A stretch of DNA of 64,000 bases, from NCBI GenBank assembly GCA_964649985.1, contig CAZYQX010000003.1:29704-93703 (forward strand), in the 5' to 3' direction. The translations under genes and the position numbers were made by a program. The notes below the pieces were generated by a model that made no database searches, was not told the DNA's origin, and saw only the letters and a program-made list of their open reading frames with translations. This DNA is from an uncultured Pseudomonadales bacterium (lineage in GTDB: Bacteria; Pseudomonadota; Gammaproteobacteria; Pseudomonadales; CAZYQX01). This document shows positions 31,229 to 40,475 of the stretch, in pieces (position 1 is the stretch's first letter; the number at the start of each line of letters is the position of its first letter).

Positions 31229-32059
31229 TCAGCTGGTGGATTTGAGCGAATCACTCTGGGCGACGATTTCCGCGCCCAGTAGCAGGATCATCCACGAGGT
31301 GTGTATCCACAGCAGGAACAGCGGCACGGCGGCAAAGGTACCGTATACGAAGCCGTAGCTGGTCTTCGCCGTGATCCAGCCAAAGCCCCATTTGGCCAGC
31401 TCAAACAGGGTGGCGGCCGTCGCCGCACCGGTGAGGCAGTCGCGCCAGCACACCCGGCCGCTGGGCATCAGCTTGTAGAACAGGCTAAATGCCAACAGGC
31501 TGAGGCACCAGGGGGTGAGCTTCAGCAGCGGCCAGCTGAGCCAGTCGTGCAGTGTGCCCTCGGCCAGCCAACGCAGTGACATTGCCCAGGTGGTGATGCC
31601 GATGCCGATGGCGATCAATATGGGGCCCAGGCTGATCAGGCACCAGTAAATCAACAAGCTGACCCAGGTGCGCCGCTTGTGTGGGATGTGCCAGATGTGG
31701 TCGAAGGCGGCTTCAATTTCCCGTATCAGGAAAAATCCGGTCAGCAACAGGCCGGCGATACCCAGCACGGTGAGTTGTCGCGCCTGCTGGGCGAACTCCT
31801 GCAGTTGCGCCTGGACGGCTTCGCTACTGTTGGGCAACAGATGTTGCAACAGGGCCTGCTGTGCGGTGTCGGCCAGCGCTGCCGACATGGGCAGCGAGGC
31901 CATCACGCTGTAAATCACGCTCAGCAGTGGTACCAGGGCGAACAGGCTCAGGTAGGTGAGGGCACCTGCATAGAGGCTCAGTTCGTGCTGATACACATTG
32001 CGCAGCAGCCCCTTCAGCCAGAAGCGAAAGCTGCGGGGTGATGGCGTGGCGTTGTCCAT
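31229..32059 (-). CDS. YihY/BrkB-family inner-membrane protein
   Basis: ATG 32059 (MDNATPSPRSFRFWLK). YAGALTYLSLFALVPLL plus six hydrophobic segments. Confidence 0.8.
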   Translation of the reverse strand: MDNATPSPRSFRFWLKGLLRNVYQHELSLYAGALTYLSLFALVPLLSVIYSVMASLPMSAALADTAQQALLQHLLPNSSEAVQAQLQEFAQQARQLTVLGIAGLLLTGFFLIREIEAAFDHIWHIPHKRRTWVSLLIYWCLISLGPILIAIGIGITTWAMSLRWLAEGTLHDWLSWPLLKLTPWCLSLLAFSLFYKLMPSGRVCWRDCLTGAATAATLFELAKWGFGWITAKTSYGFVYGTFAAVPLFLLWIHTSWMILLLGAEIVAQSDSLKSTS

Positions 32060-32066
32060 GCGCGCT

Positions 32067-32831
32067 TCAGAAGTGATCTGGGCGCAGTTGCGCATCCAGC
32101 CCGCCATCCACGAACAGCACCGCGCCGTGGATGAAACTCGCCTGAGGGCTCAGCAGTAGTGCGATGTTGCCGGCGATTTCGGCGGGGGTGGCACGGCGCC
32201 CCAGTGGTGCGTTGAAATCGCGGATGGCAGGGCCGTAGACGGGGTCTTGCAGGCCGGCCTGCAGCAGCGGCGTTTCAACCGCCCCCGGCGCGATGGCATT
32301 CAGGCGCACGCCGGCCTGGCCCCAGCTCAGGGCGCGCTGGCGCACGGCGCTGGCCACCGCCTGTTTGGAGCAGGAATAGGCGGTGAAGCCGTCGCCACTA
32401 TCGGCGATCTGTCGGGTTGCCTGATGATCGCCCGCCAGCATGGCGGCGCGCAGGGGGTGTTCGCGCCAGTCTGCCAGGGTGGCGGAATTGGATGACACCA
32501 CCACGGCGGAGGGCTGCTGGCCCGCTTGCAGGTCGGCAAACAGCCCATCCAACAGGTTGATGGCGCCGAAGTAATTCACCAGGGCAATCAACGATGGGGG
32601 ATTCACCTGCGGGCCCAGACCGGCGCTGCACACCAGGTGGTCGATGGGCCCTGCGGCGGTGCTGCGGATGTCGGCAATGGCCTGCTTGCGGCCTTCGGCG
32701 CTGGACAGGTCGGCGCATACTTCCGCATTGCGCAGATCCACCCCGATCACGCGATGTCCTTGTGCTTCAAGCAGTTCGCGCGTGGCGGCGCCGATGCCAG
32801 AGGCGGCGCCGGTGATGACGGTGACGGGCAT
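32067..32831 (-). CDS. hsdA: 3alpha-hydroxysteroid dehydrogenase/carbonyl reductase-like SDR
   Basis: 254 aa. VITGAASGIGAATRELLEAQGHRVIGVDLRNAEVCADLSSAEGRKQAIADI, YSCSKQA and GVRLNAIAPGAVETPLLQAGLQDP are nearly collinear with Comamonas testosteroni 3alpha-HSD/CR as I recall it. Needs alignment. Confidence 0.75.
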   Translation of the reverse strand: MPVTVITGAASGIGAATRELLEAQGHRVIGVDLRNAEVCADLSSAEGRKQAIADIRSTAAGPIDHLVCSAGLGPQVNPPSLIALVNYFGAINLLDGLFADLQAGQQPSAVVVSSNSATLADWREHPLRAAMLAGDHQATRQIADSGDGFTAYSCSKQAVASAVRQRALSWGQAGVRLNAIAPGAVETPLLQAGLQDPVYGPAIRDFNAPLGRRATPAEIAGNIALLLSPQASFIHGAVLFVDGGLDAQLRPDHF

Positions 32832-32973
32832 GGGTTGATCTCGTCCTGAAGTTGAACCGCCATTATAGGGCGCGCGGGGGCCGTTGTATCACCCACTTGG
32901 CGGGTTGAGACGGGGGAGGCCTGGCGTTGATAATGAGGGCCTGTTTGCACCTGTCTTGCCATGAGAACCGATC

Positions 32974-33405
32974 ATGATCGATATTCACGCCCCTTCCGAG
33001 TTCCCGGCCCAGCAGGCCAGCTTCAATTCCGCCAAGAATGTGATGGCCAAAAATCGCGATGGCTGGCTGGCGTTGTTTGCCGAGGATGCGGTGGTGCAGG
33101 ACCCCGTAGGCGTGTCCCCGCTAGACCCCACCGGCTTGGGCCATCGCGGCATTGAGGCGATTGGCAAGTTCTGGGATACGGCGATTGCTTTCGGTGAGCT
33201 GGAAATGAACCTGCGCGAGTCGCACCCCTGTGGCGACGAGTGCGCCAATGTGGCCACGCTGACGAAGAAGCTCTCGGACACCGTGTCCATCACCACCGAT
33301 CTGGTGATCGTCTACCGGGTGAATGAGCAAGGCAAGATCGTGTCGCTGAAGGCGTATTGGGAGTACGCCAAGGTGGATGCCCAGCTGAAGAAGGCCTTCG
33401 GCTGA
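32974..33405 (+). CDS. NTF2-fold, ketosteroid-isomerase-like (SnoaL-like) protein
   Basis: 143 aa. WLALFAEDAVVQDPVG parallels the KSI block LFADDATVEDPVG. Length and context (between the hsdA-like and kstD-like genes) fit. Confidence 0.6.
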   Translation: MIDIHAPSEFPAQQASFNSAKNVMAKNRDGWLALFAEDAVVQDPVGVSPLDPTGLGHRGIEAIGKFWDTAIAFGELEMNLRESHPCGDECANVATLTKKLSDTVSITTDLVIVYRVNEQGKIVSLKAYWEYAKVDAQLKKAFG

Positions 33406-33568
33406 GCCCCATGCCCATCCGCGCTTAAGCCGTGGGTGGGCTTTTCCCCGGTCCTCGACCGGGGCTAGGGTTTACACCCCGCCGCGGCAGAGCGCGTGTC
33501 AATTTCGCCGGCGGCAGCGTCAGATCAGCTTTGCCCGGCTGGCGCGGCGACCAGCCTCTCGCTTGACT

Positions 33569-35281
33569 TCATGATTGCCAGCCACTGATGTGCTTTGCCG
33601 CCTGCCAGCCGAAGGTCATGGCAGGGCCGAGGGTGGAACCGGGGCCTGGATAGGTGGGCAGGGTGGCGGCGGTGATGTTGCCACAGGCGTAGAGGCCCGC
33701 AATGGGCTCGCCCCGGGTGTTCATGACCTGGGCATTGTGGTTGATCACCAGCCCGCCTTGAGTGCCGAAATCGCCGGGGTCGATGCGCATGGCGTAGAAC
33801 GGAGCTTGCGCGATGGGCGCCAGGCAAGGGTTGGGCTGCACGGTGGGGTCGCCGTAGTAGCGATCGTACTCGGCGTCGCCCCGCTGCATTTCCAGATCTT
33901 TGCCTGTGTTGGCGTACTCATTCATCTGCTTAATGGTCTGGTGCAGCCCATCGGGGTCGATGCCGGTTTTGATGGCCAGCTCGCGGATGCTGTTGGCGCG
34001 GGTGAGGAAGCCACTATCGAAATAGCTTTTGGGCAGGGTGAAATCCGGCTTGAAGCCTGAGGTCAGCAGCGGGCCGACGAAGTAGGCGGCGCGGAAGCGG
34101 GCATCGAACACCATCCAGCTGGGCACGGCGGGCTGGCCTTGGCTGTGGCGTTTGAACAGGGCCAGTTGGTAGGCCATGTAGTTCTGGGATTCGTTGGCGA
34201 TGCGCTTGCCCTGGCGATCCACCACGCAGTTGCCGGGCAGGGATTTTTCCATGATGGACAGTCGCGGGCAGGGTTCGCCGGGCGTGGTGGTGGTGCTGCA
34301 CCACCAGGCGCCGTTCATCTGCGCGGTGGCGGCGCCCAGTTTCATGGCTTGCTGCATGACCTCGCCGGTGTTGCCAGGGGTGCCGGCGCTCCAGGCGCTG
34401 TTGGTGGGCTTCGGCAGGTATCGCTCGCGCATGGACTGATTGTGCTCGAAGCCGCCGGCAGCCAGCACTACGCCTCGCCGTGCCTCTATGCGCAGGGTTT
34501 TGCCGTTGCGTTGTACTTCGGCCCCTATGACCCGGCCGGTGTCGTCGGTGATCAGTTGGCTGAGGGCGGTATTGAGCCAGAGCGGCATGTCGCGCTCGAT
34601 CATCGACAGCCGCAGGCGGGCAATGCCGGCGCTACCGGTGCAGAGGCGGCGGCCGCGGCGGTGTTTCAGCCACCAGCGCACATCCTTTGCATAATCCCAC
34701 ATTAGTCTGGCCAGCAGTCGGGTCCAGCCGGGCAGCCGGCAGATCAGTTGCTGTCCTTCGCTCTGAGTGAAGCCGATGCGGTCAAACAACCACATCATGT
34801 GATGGGTATCCTGCAGGGTGTCGGCCTCGGCACCCAGTGCGTCGCGCATGATCGGCTCGGGTTCCATGGAGCGGTGGCCGTGGCGTGCCCCGGGCAGGGA
34901 GGAGTAGTAGTCCGGGTAGTGATCCAGGCTCAGGTAGCGCACGCGGGTGCGCTGGTGTAGAAACTCCACCATGCGCGGACCCTCGCGCAGGTAGGTGTCT
35001 ATGATCTGGTCGGGCACCACGCCCTCGGGCAGCGTATGGCGCAGGTATTCCCGGGCGTCTTCCAGGCTGTCCTCGGCACCTGCGGCCAGGGCGTAGCGGT
35101 TGCAAGGTATCCATACGCCGCCGCCGGAGAGGGCGCTGGTGCCGCCGTATTTGGCTTGTTTTTCGATGACCAGTACATCCTTGATGCCCATCTCCCGGGC
35201 GCATAGGGCACTGGTGAGGGCGCCGTTGCCTGAGCCGACGACGAGCACATCGGTGCTGTGATCCCACGTGGTAGTTGGCAT
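33569..35281 (-). CDS. kstD: 3-oxosteroid 1-dehydrogenase-like FAD flavoprotein
   Basis: ATG 35281 after GAGGAGG. DVLVVGSGNGALTSA (FAD), GGTSALSGGGVWIP, VLAAGGFEHNQSMRERY, YDRYYGDP, PFYAMRIDPGDFGTQGGL and GSTLGPAMTFGWQAA, all collinear with C. testosteroni KstD as I recall it. Confidence 0.82.
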   Translation of the reverse strand: MPTTTWDHSTDVLVVGSGNGALTSALCAREMGIKDVLVIEKQAKYGGTSALSGGGVWIPCNRYALAAGAEDSLEDAREYLRHTLPEGVVPDQIIDTYLREGPRMVEFLHQRTRVRYLSLDHYPDYYSSLPGARHGHRSMEPEPIMRDALGAEADTLQDTHHMMWLFDRIGFTQSEGQQLICRLPGWTRLLARLMWDYAKDVRWWLKHRRGRRLCTGSAGIARLRLSMIERDMPLWLNTALSQLITDDTGRVIGAEVQRNGKTLRIEARRGVVLAAGGFEHNQSMRERYLPKPTNSAWSAGTPGNTGEVMQQAMKLGAATAQMNGAWWCSTTTTPGEPCPRLSIMEKSLPGNCVVDRQGKRIANESQNYMAYQLALFKRHSQGQPAVPSWMVFDARFRAAYFVGPLLTSGFKPDFTLPKSYFDSGFLTRANSIRELAIKTGIDPDGLHQTIKQMNEYANTGKDLEMQRGDAEYDRYYGDPTVQPNPCLAPIAQAPFYAMRIDPGDFGTQGGLVINHNAQVMNTRGEPIAGLYACGNITAATLPTYPGPGSTLGPAMTFGWQAAKHISGWQS

Positions 35282-35307
35282 GCTCACCTCCTCTGAACCC
35301 GTGGCCA

Positions 35308-38300
35308 TCATGGCCTGTGGTCGGCTGTGGCGCCATCACCTGTTTGGGCGGCGGTGGGGCGTTTTCCCCACTCCAGCGAATAGATCAGTTCCAAGGCACT
35401 TTCAACGCCGCTGAGGGCATCCACGTAGAGGCGGGGGGCCAGCTGGTAGCGCAGTCCCACGGTGTTGCTGGCGCCGAAGGCGCCGATGCCGTAGCGCAGT
35501 TCCAGTCGCTCGCTGAGCTTGCCGCTGAGTTGCACCTGGGTGCCTTGGGCGGTGTTGCTGGTATCGATGCTGAAGTCATCTACCCCGAATGTTTGGGCGA
35601 TTTTGTCTGCGGGTTTTTCGGCGCTGGCCAAGCCTAGCGAGAGGGCGGCCTGCTGCATGGCGCCGGCCTCGTTTGCCTGTTGCAGCTTGTTGGGGGCACG
35701 GCCTGTGATGAGGTAGCTGAGCACGCTGTTTTCTGGCATGGCGGGCTCTGAGAACAGGCGCGTCAACAGATGGTCGGGGCGGCCACTGAGGCGCAGGCCG
35801 GCGACGGTGCCGTCATCGGCCTTGCGGATCGCTTCTACATCCAGGCGGGGCTGGCTGAAGTCGCCGCTGAAACTCAGCATGCCTTTGCGCACCTTGAGAT
35901 CCTGGCCGTAGGCTTTGTAGCGCCCGCGTTCCAGTTTGAGCACGCCGTAGGCCTGGGGGGCGTGGTCGTGCCCCAGTTTGGCGAGCAAGTCCCCCTTGAG
36001 CAAGGTGTCGAAGCCGTAGCCGGTGATTTCGACGTGGGGGCCGAGTTTGATGCGCAGGTCTGCCTGCCAGGGGAAGGGCGCGGTGTGGGCGGCTGAAGCT
36101 ACCGGCGTGTCAGCCATCACCACATCGGGGGATTCGGTGATGGCGCTGTCGGGAAGTTCCTTGAGTTTCGCCACGGCCTTGGGGATGGCAATGTCGCCAC
36201 TGATGGCGGCGCCGGCAGGGCTGAGCTGGCTGCTGATTTTGGCTTGTGCCTCCAGGTTGATGCCTGGATAGGGTGCCAGGGCGAGGTGTCGGCTCTCTGC
36301 GTCGAGCTGGGCGCGCCAGGGGCTTGCACGCCAGTCGGCGCCGCCGCGCACGCTAATGTCTCCGGCATTGGTGTGCAGCACGCCGTTTAAGGTGTTGCGC
36401 TGTCCCAGCCATTGGCTGTTGAGCTGGCCGTCGCGGAGATCAAGCCCGAGGTCGGGGCGCTGCAGGCGCAGTTTGCTGGCGCTTAGCTGGCCGTTGATCT
36501 GCGGCATGGCGGGGTCGCCCTCCAGGCGCAGGTCGGCATCTAGCTGACCGGCTAGGGGATAAGGCAGGCTAGCCAGGGCGCTGAGGGTGGCCAACTGGCT
36601 GCCCTGCAGGTGTGCGCTCAGGGACATTTGCCGCGCCCGGCTAAGGGGGGCACGCAGTTCTCCCAGGCTGTTGAGTTGGCCCAGGGGGCCGCCGTCCAGT
36701 GTCAGGCGCAGACGGGCGCGATCAGGCAGGAGGCCCAGCGTGCCCTCCAACTGGCGGATGGGGAGCACGGGAGTGTCCGGGCTGGTTTGCACGGTTCCGG
36801 CCTGCAGGCGAGCCGTCAGTTGCGCCTCCTGTAACCCATCGGCTGCCCAGCGGGCGCTGCCCTCCAGGCCGAGTTCACCCCGTAGGCGGGCATCCAGGGC
36901 TAGCACATCCAGCCATTGGAGGGGTAGCCGGCGCAGCTGGGCCTGGGCTTGGCCAGCACCGGCCTGGCTCTGCAGGTTGACACACAACTCGGCCGGGTTG
37001 GCCTGCCAGCAGGCATTGCGCAAATGGGGCCCGGCGCCGGCCTGCCAGCCGAGTGTGGCCTCTCGCTTCAGCTGCCAGGCTGGGAGCGTGGCGTGGGCGG
37101 GCGTCAGGGTCGCCTGGCGTAGCAGGCCCTGCCAATCCTGCCCCTGAGCGCGTCCATCCAGGGTCAGCGCGAGGCGGGCCTGGTCAGAGGAGCCATGGAG
37201 TTGTAGCCGGTGCTGTAGCCAGCCGCCGCTCAGCTTTGCGCTGATGGCGCTGAACTGCTGCTCGCCCAGGCGCATGTGTTGGCTGAGGATCTCGATGCGG
37301 CCATCGCTGGGCTTGCCCTGGGCGAGCAGCGTGAGTTGCTCCAGCGCTAACTCATCCAGGCTCAGCAAGGGGGCGTCCAACTGAACGGCCAGGGTGGGGT
37401 TCGCCAGGGGGCCCGATGCGCCGAAGCGACCGTTTAGCCTGCCCCCCAAGCCGGGCCAGAGCTGTTGCAGCTCGGGGGCCTGCACGGTGCCCTGCAATTC
37501 AACCTGTTCACCCAGTGCGGCGGTGGCGTTCAACAGGTTGCGCCCGACGCTCAGTTCAAGCTGTTGGATGCGAGTGGATTGTGTGTCGCCCTCGAGCTGC
37601 AAGCTGGCCAGCAGGGGGTGCTGTTGCCAGCGCCCTTCGAGCCGGGCCATGGGAACGGCGTAATGCCACTGCTGCAATTGCTGCTCGAGCGCAAATGCCA
37701 GCTGCCCCTTCAGCTGGCCCGCCACCGGCAAGCCCCAAGCTTCAGGTTTGAATTGCGCCAGGCTCAGGCTGCCATTGGCGCTCAGTGAGGGCTCTGTGAG
37801 CAGCTCCGCCTGGATGCGTGCCTGCAAGCCTTCGGCGTCCAGTGTCAGTGACTGCAATGCCAGCCGTGGCGTTTGCCATTCGGCTTCCAGTTGTGCGTGC
37901 AACGGTGGCGTGTTTGAAGCCTGCTGCAGTTGCAGTTCAGCAGCGCCGCTAATCTTCAGTTGAACGAGTGTCCCTTCGGCGTGGAGTTGGGCCTGTCGCA
38001 GGGTGATGGCCGCCGTCGGCAGGGTCCAGGGGCTGCCGAGCTGCAGTTCGGCCTGCAGGGTTTGGTCGTCCAGCCGGAGTTGCCCTTTACCGGTCAGCTG
38101 CGGCGGCGCCTGCTGCTCGGCCTGCCAGTTGAGCCGGGGTAGGTCGCCCTGCAGGGTCACATCAAGTTGCTGGTCTTCGAGTCGCGCTTGCAGCGCCAGA
38201 GGGCCCTGTGGCTGCAGGGGGAGCTGCCCGTGCATGCTCAACCGCCCCAGCGGCGGGGGCAGGGTGGCGCTGAACTGGCTCAGCTGTAGCTGGCGCCCGC

Positions 38301-38784
38301 TCAGCTGCAGGCTGGCCGCGATGGCGTCAATCTGGTGGCGGCTTTCGCCTTGTACTATCTCCAGCGTTTGCAGGGCGAGTCGATCAATGCCGAAAAACAG
38401 CGGGGGCAACGCCAGTGGGGCACGGTCATCGTTGACCGGCGGTGATGCCGGGAGTGCTAGATGAACGCGCTCGGCGCTGAGCTGTTGAAGGCAGAGCAGG
38501 CTGTGCTGGCAGGTCAAGCCGGCATCAAGGTAAAGCTGATCGATTTGCAGCAGCAGCTCGCCGTTGCGATATTCGAGTTGTAGCAGCTGTAGGCCCGACG
38601 ACAGGCGGCCCTTGGGGGCAGAAAGGCGCAGGCCCGGCACCCAGTCAGGCAGGCGCTCGGCCAGCAGTTGGGGGGCGGCTTCGCTGGTGAACACGCTGAC
38701 GGTGGCTGCGGCCAGCAGCCCCAGGCCGGCGAACCAAGGCAGTGCGCGCAGGCTCCAGAGGGTCAGACTGCGGCGCAGGCTCAC
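35308..38784 (-). CDS. tamB: Translocation and assembly module inner-membrane subunit TamB
   Basis: Start set at GTG 38784 (VSLRRSLTLWSLRALPWFAGLGLLAAATV signal-anchor), overlapping the tamA stop (GTGA). Long beta-rich Q/L/G repetitive body and a C-terminal DUF490-like block (RLYVDALSGVESALELIYSLEW). Confidence 0.85.
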   Translation of the reverse strand: MSLRRSLTLWSLRALPWFAGLGLLAAATVSVFTSEAAPQLLAERLPDWVPGLRLSAPKGRLSSGLQLLQLEYRNGELLLQIDQLYLDAGLTCQHSLLCLQQLSAERVHLALPASPPVNDDRAPLALPPLFFGIDRLALQTLEIVQGESRHQIDAIAASLQLSGRQLQLSQFSATLPPPLGRLSMHGQLPLQPQGPLALQARLEDQQLDVTLQGDLPRLNWQAEQQAPPQLTGKGQLRLDDQTLQAELQLGSPWTLPTAAITLRQAQLHAEGTLVQLKISGAAELQLQQASNTPPLHAQLEAEWQTPRLALQSLTLDAEGLQARIQAELLTEPSLSANGSLSLAQFKPEAWGLPVAGQLKGQLAFALEQQLQQWHYAVPMARLEGRWQQHPLLASLQLEGDTQSTRIQQLELSVGRNLLNATAALGEQVELQGTVQAPELQQLWPGLGGRLNGRFGASGPLANPTLAVQLDAPLLSLDELALEQLTLLAQGKPSDGRIEILSQHMRLGEQQFSAISAKLSGGWLQHRLQLHGSSDQARLALTLDGRAQGQDWQGLLRQATLTPAHATLPAWQLKREATLGWQAGAGPHLRNACWQANPAELCVNLQSQAGAGQAQAQLRRLPLQWLDVLALDARLRGELGLEGSARWAADGLQEAQLTARLQAGTVQTSPDTPVLPIRQLEGTLGLLPDRARLRLTLDGGPLGQLNSLGELRAPLSRARQMSLSAHLQGSQLATLSALASLPYPLAGQLDADLRLEGDPAMPQINGQLSASKLRLQRPDLGLDLRDGQLNSQWLGQRNTLNGVLHTNAGDISVRGGADWRASPWRAQLDAESRHLALAPYPGINLEAQAKISSQLSPAGAAISGDIAIPKAVAKLKELPDSAITESPDVVMADTPVASAAHTAPFPWQADLRIKLGPHVEITGYGFDTLLKGDLLAKLGHDHAPQAYGVLKLERGRYKAYGQDLKVRKGMLSFSGDFSQPRLDVEAIRKADDGTVAGLRLSGRPDHLLTRLFSEPAMPENSVLSYLITGRAPNKLQQANEAGAMQQAALSLGLASAEKPADKIAQTFGVDDFSIDTSNTAQGTQVQLSGKLSERLELRYGIGAFGASNTVGLRYQLAPRLYVDALSGVESALELIYSLEWGKRPTAAQTGDGATADHRP

Positions 38785-40475
38785 AGTGCTGGCCCCATGG
38801 AAATATGCAGGCGCAGGGATTCGGGGTTCTCGCTCACGGCGCTGGCCAGATCGACCCGGATCAGGCCCACCGGGGAGTACCAGCGCAAGCCCAGCCCTGC
38901 GCCGGTATGCCACGGGTCGTCGACGTGGTCGTAGGCGCGACCGCTGTCGCAAAACACGGCCACGCCCCAGGACTGACTGAAGCGCCAGCTGTACTCGCCG
39001 CTCAGTACATTCAGGTAGCGACCGCCTCGCAGCTTGCCATCATCGTATTGCGGCGCCAGGCTCTGGTAGTCGTAGCCGCGGATACTCTGGTCGCCGCCGG
39101 TGAAAAAACGGTACTTGGGGGGCACTTCGTCCTGATCGGCGGTGGCCAATGCTCCCAGCTCGGTGCGCAGCAGCAGTTGGTGATGCTGCGCCAGGGGCTG
39201 GAGCCAACGGGCGCCGGCGCGGGTGTAGAGCAGATCCGTTGCACTGCCCCAGGATTCTGCGCCGCCGGTGGTCTCCAGCCACAGCCGGTAGCCTTGCTGA
39301 GGGGTGATCGGGTGGTCGCTCACCAGGCGGGAGAGACCCATGCCGGGCATGGGATAAAAGCCGCTCTGATCTTGCTCGCCTTGTTGGAAATCGTCGTATT
39401 CCAGGTTCAGGTAGCGGCGCCATTGCCAGCCGCTATCGAACACGCGCACATGGGCCAGCGACAGGGTGGAACTGGTGGATTCGGTATCCTGCAGTGTTTC
39501 CTGCTCCAGTGCTGCGCCAATCTCCCAATAACGTTTGAGTGGGCTGCCCTGCGGGATGCGATAGCGGGCGTCCAGGCTTTGGCGGATGGCTGACAATTCG
39601 AGATTGCTGCGCAGGCTGTCACCGCGCTCATTGATGAGCGGACGCTCCCAGCTGATGCGCCCGGTGGGGCCGCTATCGGTACCGAAGCCCAGGCCGAACT
39701 CGTTGCGGTGCAGCGGGCGATCGGTGAGCAGAACCCGGATGGGTACCTGCTGATCATGCGCACTTGGCTCGCCGGGGGCCAGTTCCACCTGTTTGAAATA
39801 CTGTGTCTCTTCCAGATTGCTTTGCAGTTCGGCGAGTTTGTCCTCGTCGTAGGCATCGCCTTGCTTGAACGGGGCGAGTTTGTTCAGTCGCTGCGGGCTT
39901 AGTTGGCTGCCCTGGAACACCAGCTCGCCAAAGCGATAGCGCGGCCCTGGCTCGAATGTGAGGCGAACATCGGCGTAGTTCCGGCTGCCGTCGATGCGGA
40001 TCTGTTGCTCGCTGAAGCGCGCCTGAAGGTAGCCCAAGCGCCGGGCCCGGCTCTGCAGGCTGCGTTTGAAGTGCTCGTACTGGCCGTGGTGTAAAGCGCT
40101 GCCGACGGGCAGCGGCCACTGCTTGAGCAGTTTGGCAAAGTCATGGCCGGGGTCGTCGCAATGCAAGGTTACGGACCTTACCCGTACCCGCTCGCCAGGC
40201 TGCAGCGTGATCGCCAATCGTTTTTCACTGATCTGCAGCTGGCTCTTCAACTGGTAGTAACCCAGCCCGCGAGCGGCCTCATCAATGCGTTGCATCACCT
40301 GCTGCTGCAGGTGTTCCGGGTGTTCCAGCTGGGCTTGCTCGATTTTCCCCAGGTGGGCCAACACGTTTTGCTGCAGGGCCGGGTCGGCACCGAAAATGTC
40401 TGTTTTCAGTGTGGCAGCCCATGCCGTGCCGGTGAGAGCCAGCCCCAGCGCCAGGAGGAGGTGGCGCCACGGCAT
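38781..40475 (-). CDS. tamA: Outer-membrane autotransporter assembly factor TamA (Omp85 family)
   Basis: 564 aa. Signal peptide, POTRA-like repeats and a C-terminal Omp85 barrel (FFTGGDQSIRGYDYQSL...GAGLGLRWYSPVGLIRVDLA). Confidence 0.9.
   Translation of the reverse strand: MPWRHLLLALGLALTGTAWAATLKTDIFGADPALQQNVLAHLGKIEQAQLEHPEHLQQQVMQRIDEAARGLGYYQLKSQLQISEKRLAITLQPGERVRVRSVTLHCDDPGHDFAKLLKQWPLPVGSALHHGQYEHFKRSLQSRARRLGYLQARFSEQQIRIDGSRNYADVRLTFEPGPRYRFGELVFQGSQLSPQRLNKLAPFKQGDAYDEDKLAELQSNLEETQYFKQVELAPGEPSAHDQQVPIRVLLTDRPLHRNEFGLGFGTDSGPTGRISWERPLINERGDSLRSNLELSAIRQSLDARYRIPQGSPLKRYWEIGAALEQETLQDTESTSSTLSLAHVRVFDSGWQWRRYLNLEYDDFQQGEQDQSGFYPMPGMGLSRLVSDHPITPQQGYRLWLETTGGAESWGSATDLLYTRAGARWLQPLAQHHQLLLRTELGALATADQDEVPPKYRFFTGGDQSIRGYDYQSLAPQYDDGKLRGGRYLNVLSGEYSWRFSQSWGVAVFCDSGRAYDHVDDPWHTGAGLGLRWYSPVGLIRVDLASAVSENPESLRLHISMGPAL

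Noticed and set aside
38785-38952. Longer tamB start (ORF-track start at 38952).
   Set aside because: It would add 56 Arg/Pro-rich residues encoded entirely within tamA. GTG 38784 overlaps the tamA stop and begins at the expected signal-anchor helix.
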